Assembly (NCBI GenBank): GCA_031413675.1
Contig: JANOFP010000527.1
Coordinates: forward strand, 1-32,989
Direction of reading: 5' to 3'
Length of the DNA stretch: 32,989 bases
Origin: Bacteroidota bacterium
GTDB taxonomy: Bacteria > Bacteroidota > Bacteroidia > Chitinophagales > Chitinophagaceae
Position numbers and translations under genes: made by a program. Positions within the stretch are counted from its first letter, which is position 1. Every line of letters starts with the position of its first letter. Under the pieces are notes generated by a model. That model was given only the letters and a program-made list of their open reading frames with translations, did no database searches and was not told where the DNA came from. Shown piece after piece: positions 1-6,840 of this stretch.

Positions 1-778
1 TTGTTATGTGGCATTTTTTTTATTTAAAAAAACAGCATTGCCAAAAGGAAAGGAATGGATCCCGATATTGGTATTAAGTTTTTTAAATTTTATGATCAGT
101 AATGGACTCAGCACTCTTGCATTGCAATATGGAATTTCTGCCGGGCTTGGCTCTATCATTGGTGCAATATTTCCTTTATGGTTAGTTGTGATCGGGCTTT
201 TTATTTCTAAGGAAAAAATGCCGGTGAAAGCAATCATTGGGTTATTACTTGGCTTTGGCGGTGTCTGTATTATTTTTTACGATCACCTGCATGATTTTTT
301 AGATCCCCGGTTCAGATGGGGAATTTTATTATCAGTAATTGCAACCTGGACATGGGCAATTGCAACTTTATATACAAAGAAACAGGCATTGAATTTTAAT
401 CCCTACTTCAGTTTGGGTTTGCAAATGATTATAAGTGGAATTGCATTGTATAGTTTTTCATCTGCCACTGGCAGGGCCGTAGCAATACATGCGATACCCT
501 GGCAATCCTGGGCAGCCATTGCCTATTTAGTTATTTTCGGTTCACTCATTGCCTTTATTTGTTATTTATATGCCTTGCAAAATTTACCAACAGAACAGGC
601 TTCTATTTATGCTTATATAAATCCGATTGTAGCTGTAATATTGGGTTCACTTATTTTTAATGAACGGCTCACTGTATATCTTGCCATGGGCGGGTTAGTA
701 ACGCTGCTTGGGGTTTATTTGGTAAATAAAGCTTATAAAATAAATAACGCAGAGCAACCTGAATCGGAAGGTGTCTAA
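1..778 (+). CDS. EamA/DMT-family transporter, 5' end cut by window edge
   Basis: The frame stays open to position 2 with no upstream stop. The product is multi-helix and hydrophobic with two EamA-like halves. About 40 N-terminal residues appear to be missing compared with typical ~300-aa members. Confidence 0.8.
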   Translation, partial: CYVAFFLFKKTALPKGKEWIPILVLSFLNFMISNGLSTLALQYGISAGLGSIIGAIFPLWLVVIGLFISKEKMPVKAIIGLLLGFGGVCIIFYDHLHDFLDPRFRWGILLSVIATWTWAIATLYTKKQALNFNPYFSLGLQMIISGIALYSFSSATGRAVAIHAIPWQSWAAIAYLVIFGSLIAFICYLYALQNLPTEQASIYAYINPIVAVILGSLIFNERLTVYLAMGGLVTLLGVYLVNKAYKINNAEQPESEGV

Positions 779-796
779 GCCCCTATCACATGCATG

Positions 797-813
797 TCCC
801 GATTGTTTCGGGA
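797..813 (+). terminator. Short hairpin TCCCGA-TTGTT-TCGGGA 19 nt after the EamA stop (weak terminator or REP-like element)
   Basis: A 6-bp perfect stem is seen directly. No U-tract follows immediately, so terminator function is uncertain. Confidence 0.3.
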
Positions 814-915
814 AGAGGGAATACCAGTTTGTGTTTTGTTATTTTCTTGTTTGTTTTTAAGTTTAATAAAGTTCAAAAGAATAATTTCGGCTAATTTTAA
901 TTTCAATTTCATTGC

Positions 916-3834
916 ATGAAAAAAATACTGGCTACATTTTTATTTACCGTTATTATTATCACATCTGTTTTTTCTCAATACAAAAGCAACCTTACGGCCA
1001 GCGAATGGACGGATAGTGTTTTTAACTCATTAGATAATGATCAGAAAATTGCACAACTGATGGTGATTCGTGCACATTCCAATTTGGGTGCCGACCATAT
1101 TGCAAAAGTGATTAGCGAAATAAAAAAATACAATGTTGGTTCTTTATGCTTTTTCCAGGGTGGCCCGGTGCGCCAGGCAAATCTTACTAACTATTATCAA
1201 AGCATTGCAAAAACTCCGTTACTTATAACAATTGATGGCGAATGGGGATTGGGTATGCGGTTAGATAGTGTTACAAAATTTCCTTACCAACTTACGCTGG
1301 GTGCTATGAATAATGAAGCCCTGGTGTATGAAATGGGGATTGCAGTTGGCGAACAACATAAGCGGATGGGTGTGCATGTAAATTTTGCCCCGGTTGTAGA
1401 TATAAATAATAATCCCAATAATCCGGTTATCGGTTACCGGTCTTTTGGCGAAGACAAATATAAAGTGGCAAAGTTTGGTGTGGCATATATGAAAGGGATG
1501 CAGGATGCCGGTATAATGGCTTGCGCAAAACATTTTCCGGGTCATGGTGATGTAGATGTGGATTCGCATTTGGATTTGCCAGTAATAAATAAAACCCGTG
1601 AGCAGCTCGATTCAATGGAGTTGTATCCTTTCCGTGAACTATTTAATGCGGGTGTAGGCAGTGTTATGATTGCACATCTTTCTATTCCATCTATTGACAA
1701 TACCGAACATGTGGCAACCTCTATTTCAAAAAATAATGTTACCAATCTATTACGTGCTGATTTAAAATTTGCCGGACTTACTTTCACCGATGCACTGGAG
1801 ATGAAAGGAGTGGCTAAATATTTTCCCGGAGGCACAATTGCAGTAGAAGCAATCATTGCAGGTAACGATATGCTTTGCCTGCCAGAAGATGTAGGTATGG
1901 CAATATCAGAAATTAAAAAAGCAATCAACGAAAATAAATTAAGCTGGAATGCTATTTATGAGAAAGTAAAAAAAGTATTGCTTGCCAAATATCAGTTAGG
2001 TTTAAATAAAACTCAGCAAATCAGTTTAAACAATCTTGTTGAAGAATTAAATGCGAAAACAGATGCAATAAAAGCTAAAGTGGCAAAAGAAACCATTACC
2101 GTTCTTTCTCAAGGCGGCATGAGTGCTTCCAGAACTGATTATGCAGAAATTCCGTTGAAACAAAAAATGAAAATTGCTTATGTTGGAATCGGAACATCTC
2201 AGCTGAATGCATTTGGTAAAAGAATGAAAACGGATTTGAATGCTGATGTGTTTTTGTACTCCTGGAAAGATGGTGATGATAAAACTGAAGAAATATTTGA
2301 GGCCGTTGAAAAAAATAAATACGATGCAGTAGTAGTAGGTATTCATGATTTTAGTTTGCGTCCCGCAAATAATTATGGCATTACAAGAGCCTCATTTGCT
2401 TTGTGGCGCAAATTGAATTTCATAAAAACAATTACGGTAGTTTTTGGAAATGTACTGGCAGCCAATCAATATTGCGGAGCTTATACATTAGTAGCCGCTC
2501 ATCAGGATGATATTATTTTTCAGGAAACGGCTGCCGATTTAATTGAAGGAAAAATAGGTGCTTCAGGAAAATTACCGGTTCGTGTTTGTAAGTACCCAGC
2601 CGGATATGGAATTGATATTTCCGGGCCGGAAAAAAAAACTTCAATAATTAACAACCGCTATAATTTATTTTCGGTTGATTCTATTGCAAATGATGCTATC
2701 AGTCAAAAAGTCTTTCCCGGCTGTGTGGTTCTTGCTGTAAAAGATGGTGAAATTATTTTTCATAAGGCTTATGGGAACTTCATATACAATGCTGCAACTC
2801 CAGTAACACTCGAAAGCATTTATGATTTAGCATCGGTAACAAAAATTTCTGCCACTACTGTTTCAGTAATGAAACTATATGAACAAGGAAAGATAAATCT
2901 TAAGAAAACGCTTGGCGATTATTTGCCCTGGGTAAAAGGAACCGACAAAGAAAATTTGCATATAGATGATATCTTATTACACCAGGCAGGTCTTGTTCCT
3001 TTCATTCCTTTTTATAAAGAAACGATTGATACAACTACAGGCAATCCCAACCCCGCTATTTACTCGCCACTCGCCACTTCCTTTTTCAAAATTCCGGTGG
3101 CAAAAAATCTTTATTTAAGAAAAGATTGGAACGATACCATGTTCAGCCGCATTTTAAAAAGTCCGTTGGGTGTAAATGGAAGATACGTTTACAGTGATAA
3201 TGATTTTATTTTTCTAGGAAAAATTGTTGAACAGGTAAGCGGCATGCCATTGAATGAATATGTTCAAAAAAATTTTTATAGTAAAATAGCCATGCGAACA
3301 ACTGGCTTTAATCCAAGAAATCGTTTTTGGAATGAAGGGTTTCTTGTTCCTACTGAAAATGAAACTCATTTTCGCCAGCAACTGATACAGGGTTATGTAC
3401 ATGATGAAGGTGCAAGTATGTTTGGTGGTGTGGCTGGTCATGCAGGTTTATTTTCTTCTGCATACGATTTAGCAATGCTCTATCAGATGCTTTTAAATGG
3501 CGGTGAAATAAACGGAACGAAATATTTAAAACCCGAAACGATAAAATTATTTACTGCCTACCATGCAACTGGCACCAGCCGCCGCGGATATGGATTTGAT
3601 AAACCGGAAAAAGATAATGCAACAAGAAAAGATCCTTATCCTTCATCACTCGTTTCATCAGAAGCGTATGGACATACCGGTTTTACCGGCACATGTGTGT
3701 GGGTAGATCCGAAAGTAAATCTTGTCTATGTTTTTTTGAGCAACCGGGTATATCCAACAAGAAACAACCCCAAACTTTTACAAATGAATATCCGGGGAAA
3801 AATACAGGATGCGATTTATGCAGCTTTAAAATAA
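916..3834 (+). CDS. Glycoside hydrolase family 3 (NagZ-like) fused to a serine beta-lactamase/PBP-fold hydrolase, secreted
   Basis: There is a signal peptide. The N-terminal half carries the GH3 motif KHFPGHGDVDVDSHLDLP. The C-terminal ~380 aa carries SxxK (ASVTK), a YxN-like motif (YSDND) and an HxG motif (GHTGFTG). Confidence 0.9.
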   Translation: MKKILATFLFTVIIITSVFSQYKSNLTASEWTDSVFNSLDNDQKIAQLMVIRAHSNLGADHIAKVISEIKKYNVGSLCFFQGGPVRQANLTNYYQSIAKTPLLITIDGEWGLGMRLDSVTKFPYQLTLGAMNNEALVYEMGIAVGEQHKRMGVHVNFAPVVDINNNPNNPVIGYRSFGEDKYKVAKFGVAYMKGMQDAGIMACAKHFPGHGDVDVDSHLDLPVINKTREQLDSMELYPFRELFNAGVGSVMIAHLSIPSIDNTEHVATSISKNNVTNLLRADLKFAGLTFTDALEMKGVAKYFPGGTIAVEAIIAGNDMLCLPEDVGMAISEIKKAINENKLSWNAIYEKVKKVLLAKYQLGLNKTQQISLNNLVEELNAKTDAIKAKVAKETITVLSQGGMSASRTDYAEIPLKQKMKIAYVGIGTSQLNAFGKRMKTDLNADVFLYSWKDGDDKTEEIFEAVEKNKYDAVVVGIHDFSLRPANNYGITRASFALWRKLNFIKTITVVFGNVLAANQYCGAYTLVAAHQDDIIFQETAADLIEGKIGASGKLPVRVCKYPAGYGIDISGPEKKTSIINNRYNLFSVDSIANDAISQKVFPGCVVLAVKDGEIIFHKAYGNFIYNAATPVTLESIYDLASVTKISATTVSVMKLYEQGKINLKKTLGDYLPWVKGTDKENLHIDDILLHQAGLVPFIPFYKETIDTTTGNPNPAIYSPLATSFFKIPVAKNLYLRKDWNDTMFSRILKSPLGVNGRYVYSDNDFIFLGKIVEQVSGMPLNEYVQKNFYSKIAMRTTGFNPRNRFWNEGFLVPTENETHFRQQLIQGYVHDEGASMFGGVAGHAGLFSSAYDLAMLYQMLLNGGEINGTKYLKPETIKLFTAYHATGTSRRGYGFDKPEKDNATRKDPYPSSLVSSEAYGHTGFTGTCVWVDPKVNLVYVFLSNRVYPTRNNPKLLQMNIRGKIQDAIYAALK
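3061..3081 (+). repeat. Three tandem heptamers TACTCGC-CACTCGC-CACTTCC (21 nt) inside the GH3 fusion gene
   Basis: Seen directly. The 21 nt equal 7 codons (YSPLATS), and the unit is related to the CCACTCA units in holB and mutL. Confidence 0.5.
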
Positions 3835-3850
3835 AATAATTTATTTCCTC

Positions 3851-3920
3851 CCGGCGGTTGATTAGGATTTGGAGGTCGTTGATTTCTTTGATTGGGATTT
3901 TGTCGGTCTCTTTGTTGAAG
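3851..3920 (-). pseudogene. Orphan copy of the ricT (PSP1) 3' end
   Basis: 3871-3917 matches 5180-5226 at 42/47 bases without gaps. In the ricT frame it reads LQQRDRQNPNQRNQRPPNPNQPPGGN. It has no start codon and is out of frame with the adjacent ATPase stop. Confidence 0.6.
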
Positions 3921-3921
3921 T

Positions 3922-5049
3922 TTATTGCAACCACCTCATTAAAAATTTATCATAAACTGCATAGTAAGGTTCTGCAATGCCACCGTTGTAATACACCATT
4001 TCTTTTGCCAATAATGCCTCCAGGCCTCTCTTTACTAATGAAGAGTTTCCTAAATGGTTTTTACTTATAAATTCATTAGAATGGGGTTTTATTAATTTCT
4101 CTTCTTTTGCAATTGCTGTAAGCAATACCCATTGTGCATGTGTAAGCAGGTTCCTGTATTGGTAAAATATATCCTCTTTTTGTTTCAATAGTTCACTACT
4201 AACTTTAATCGTTTCTTCAATACCAATATTTTTTATGCCACTTGCAAAAATGCAATTACATAACTCTTGTACATAAAAGGTATGTGTATGGGTGAAATTT
4301 AATATATACTCAATAGCCTCAACGCTAATTTTTCGTTTATACGTTGAAAAATTATTTTTAATAAATTGCCCGTATTCTGTATTATTTATAAACCCAATTG
4401 ACAAGTTATTACAACTGGCATAGAATGGCCTTTTTGCACTGTTGAACATTTCCGTCATTATACGATGGTTGCTGCCACAAAAAATAAACCGGCAATTTTT
4501 TAACTGCTGCATATAAGTCCTCAACAATGCTTCTGTATTTTTTTCCGGGTAAGTGGTTATTTGCTGAAATTCATCAATAGCAATAACAACAGCGATGTTT
4601 TGCTTATCTAAAAAATTAAATAATTGCTGTATGGTTCTTTCAGATTCACGGTGCTGCCCCAAATCTAATGTTACCTCCGGGTTACCTGTCATTGCATCAT
4701 AACTTATTACCGGCCTCAATAGCTTAAGTACAGACAAAAATTTCTGCCCTATCCCTTTCTTCTCAGGAAACCGGTTATAGATTGCGGTAGCCAGGTTGTT
4801 TGTAAACTCCTTAAGGTTAACGGTAGAAAAAATATCTAAATAGATGCAAGCAATTTTTTTTGACCCTGATAGTTGATGAAATACATGGTGTACCAATCCC
4901 GTTTTACCCAATCTGCGTAATGCAAAAAGGGTAATGTTATTTTCATTTTTAATCAGCGAAAGTAAACGCCGGGTTTCTTCTTTTCTATCGCAAAAGTAAA
5001 CTGGACTGTGGTAGCCCGACGTAATAAATGGGTTGGCTGGGCGGTTCAT
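3922..5049 (-). CDS. ATP-binding protein, AAA/STAND-like (archaeal-ATPase PF01637 / DUF234-type architecture)
   Basis: It has a Walker A-like RRLGKTGL, a Walker B VVIAIDEFQQI, a sensor-like FCGSNH and a C-terminal winged-helix-like region. The family assignment is from memory, not searched. Confidence 0.85.
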   Translation of the reverse strand: MNRPANPFITSGYHSPVYFCDRKEETRRLLSLIKNENNITLFALRRLGKTGLVHHVFHQLSGSKKIACIYLDIFSTVNLKEFTNNLATAIYNRFPEKKGIGQKFLSVLKLLRPVISYDAMTGNPEVTLDLGQHRESERTIQQLFNFLDKQNIAVVIAIDEFQQITTYPEKNTEALLRTYMQQLKNCRFIFCGSNHRIMTEMFNSAKRPFYASCNNLSIGFINNTEYGQFIKNNFSTYKRKISVEAIEYILNFTHTHTFYVQELCNCIFASGIKNIGIEETIKVSSELLKQKEDIFYQYRNLLTHAQWVLLTAIAKEEKLIKPHSNEFISKNHLGNSSLVKRGLEALLAKEMVYYNGGIAEPYYAVYDKFLMRWLQ

Positions 5050-5069
5050 GCAGCCAAGTTATAAAAAAT

Positions 5070-5098
5070 TATACAAAATGTATAATACATTTTGTATA
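5070..5098. promoter_or_regulatory. Perfect 29-bp palindrome TATACAAAATGTA-TAA-TACATTTTGTATA between the ricT stop and the ATPase start
   Basis: 13-bp arms with a 3-nt spacer, seen directly. On the minus strand it is followed by ATTTTTTAT. It could be an AU-rich terminator for ricT, an operator for the ATPase gene, or both. Confidence 0.55.
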
Positions 5099-5109
5099 GA
5101 AATTATCTC

Positions 5110-6462
5110 TTACGCATTTCCCTCATTTGTATTGCCTGCCTGCCGGTCAGGCGGACCCGGACGTTGCTGGTTCGAATTCGGTGGTCGCTGATTTCTTTGA
5201 TTGGGGTTTTGCCTGTCTCTTTGTTGGTTGGGGTTTTGTCCGCCTCTTTGCTGATTCGGATTATTGCGTGGTGGTCCTTGTGGTCCCTGTGATCTTTGTC
5301 CACCGGATCCTGCGGATTGATTTCCCTGTTGTCTTTGCTGCTGACGTGGTTGCTGCTGTTGCTTTCGTTTACGGTCAGCTCTTTCTAATTGCTGCAAACT
5401 TATCTGTCCTACTACATCCACAAACTCGGGTTCTACTTCTTTGGGTTTAGTACTTGTTATTTCCACTGCTTCCAGTTCGTCGGGTATTACACCCTGTACA
5501 TTCAGCGTTTTTATTTTCTGCACCCGTTCAATCGTAAGTGGATAATGCTTGGTGCTGTCCGGCATAGTGTACCACATCAGGTTTTTAAAAATATCTTTTT
5601 TAATCAGAAAGGCATTGCCTTTTGTAATTTTCAATACATCGCAGTCTTCGGGGAAATGTTGCAATGCATCCAGATAAGTATCGAGTTCATAATTCAAACA
5701 ACATTTTAATCTTCCGCACTGTCCGCTAAGCTTTGTTTGATTGATTGATAAATTCTGATAACGGGCCGCTGTTGTATTTACACTTTTAAATTCGGTGAGC
5801 CATGTACTACAACACAATTCACGACCACAACTTCCGATGCCCCCGACTTTAGCACTCTCCTGCCTTGCTCCAATCTGACGCATTTCCACTTTTACTTTAA
5901 ACTCACCGGCATATACTTTTATCAATTCACGAAAATCCACACGGCCTTCGGCTATATAAAAAAAGGTTGCCTTACGTCCGTCGGCTTGCATCTCCACTTC
6001 ACTTATTTTCATGTTTAGTTTCAGCTGCTTTGCAATTGCACGGCTACGTATCACGGCTTCTTTCTCTCTTGCTTTATTACTGCGCCAGGTATCTACATCT
6101 CTGTCATTTGAGCGGCGAAGAATTTTTTTCATCTCTTTGTCATCTTCTTTTACACCATGCCTTTTCATTTGTAACCGAACAATCTCACCTGTCAAAGAAA
6201 TTTCACCCAAATCAAAACCACTTACACCTTCTACCGAAACCATATCGCCTTTTTCGTATTCATGCAATGTAGTATTTCTAAAAAAATCTTTGCGGCTACC
6301 GTTATTAAAACTTATCTCCACCACTTTACATTCATCACCAGCGTCGGCAACAGGAAGGTTGCGCAGCCAGTCATGCGTATTCATGCGGTTGCATCCGCCA
6401 GAACTACATCCGCCGTTGCTTTTACATCCACCTGGTTTTGTACCACAACTACCGCAAGCCAT
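5110..6462 (-). CDS. ricT: PSP1 domain protein (YaaT/RicT family) with a Cys-rich N-terminus and a Q/N/R/P-rich C-terminal tail
   Basis: The N-terminus is CGSCGTKPGGCKSNGGCSSGGC. PSP1-type Cys motifs CGRELCC and CGRLKCCLNYE are present. It lies downstream of holB, as in many bacteria. Confidence 0.9.
   Translation of the reverse strand: MACGSCGTKPGGCKSNGGCSSGGCNRMNTHDWLRNLPVADAGDECKVVEISFNNGSRKDFFRNTTLHEYEKGDMVSVEGVSGFDLGEISLTGEIVRLQMKRHGVKEDDKEMKKILRRSNDRDVDTWRSNKAREKEAVIRSRAIAKQLKLNMKISEVEMQADGRKATFFYIAEGRVDFRELIKVYAGEFKVKVEMRQIGARQESAKVGGIGSCGRELCCSTWLTEFKSVNTTAARYQNLSINQTKLSGQCGRLKCCLNYELDTYLDALQHFPEDCDVLKITKGNAFLIKKDIFKNLMWYTMPDSTKHYPLTIERVQKIKTLNVQGVIPDELEAVEITSTKPKEVEPEFVDVVGQISLQQLERADRKRKQQQQPRQQQRQQGNQSAGSGGQRSQGPQGPPRNNPNQQRGGQNPNQQRDRQNPNQRNQRPPNSNQQRPGPPDRQAGNTNEGNA
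5135..5155. repeat. 21-nt GC hairpin element, copy inside the ricT CDS (encodes PDRQAG)
   Basis: CCTGCCTG-CCGGT-CAGGCGGA matches the radA copy at 19/21 positions. Confidence 0.75.
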
Positions 6463-6548
6463 TCGTTATTTAATATTTATTAATTGAAAATTTTAAATTG
6501 AAAAGAACCCTGATATTTTTCAACCAGTTTTCGCTTACAATTTTTTTT

Positions 6549-6792
6549 GAGGGGGAGCCAGCGCAGTTACTACTATCATCGCCTGTTGTCTTCGAATCTT
6601 CCGGTGGAAGATTATCTCACTTGTTGCGTTCAGAAAAGGACTGAACAATTTTGAGACTCTTGTATTTTGCTGAATAGACTTGATTCAGTACAAGAGTGCG
6701 ACGCAACGGAAGCTTAATATATAGACGAACGATGACTCAATAATTACAACCTGAACTATGTGGAAACACCATCTAGTGCAGGCCTCCAACTC
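6549..6792. ncRNA. Candidate structured RNA or non-coding element of unknown class between holB and ricT
   Basis: The block is ~45% GC (hand count) inside an otherwise AT-rich spacer and contains no ORF. A closing helix pairs 6549-6559 with 6781-6792. Nested hairpins lie at 6595-6613, 6628-6646, 6656-6697 and 6756-6776. No known RNA family was recognised. Confidence 0.3.
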
Positions 6793-6801
6793 ACATCTCA
6801 C

Positions 6802-6825
6802 AACCTGTCTGCCGACAGGCAGGTT
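6802..6825. repeat. GC hairpin element, intergenic copy 16 nt downstream of the holB stop, flanked by CAACTCA/CATCTCA and CCACTCA heptamers
   Basis: AACCTGTCTG-CCGA-CAGGCAGGTT forms 10 bp, with one T:G position. Confidence 0.7.
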
Positions 6826-6840
6826 CACCACTCACATCCC

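Noticed and set aside
1261-3441. Minus-strand ORFs inside the GH3 fusion gene (1261-1569, 1427-1615, 1542-1928, 2047-2346, 3214-3441)
   Set aside because: They are antisense shadows of a long, motif-supported gene, and their products are low-complexity with no recognisable motifs.
3683-5709. ORFs 3683-3934(-), 3858-4070(+), 5092-5292(+), 5103-5303(-), 5127-5450(+) and 5389-5709(+)
   Set aside because: They are alternative-frame or antisense readings of the repetitive ricT tail and its orphan copy. Their mutual similarity (for example SLISLIG and TPIKEI) is what exposed the duplication, not evidence of real genes.
6549-6780. Plus-strand resemblance to a TPP riboswitch (GGGGGAGC..., UGAGA, ACCUGAAC followed by a hairpin)
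   Set aside because: The matches are short and wrongly spaced, and the element is about twice the aptamer length. A plus-strand riboswitch here would have no downstream gene to control, since it would run antisense into holB.
6549-6792. Could the structured block be tmRNA, RNase P RNA, SRP RNA or 6S RNA?
   Set aside because: It has no tRNA-like acceptor/T-arm (the only TTCGAAT string, at 6591-6597, has no flanking T-stem) and no alanine-ending tag ORF. It lacks a GGAAAGUCCGG-type P4 element and an SRP domain IV GGAA hairpin context. Its multi-branch shape also differs from the single long 6S hairpin.
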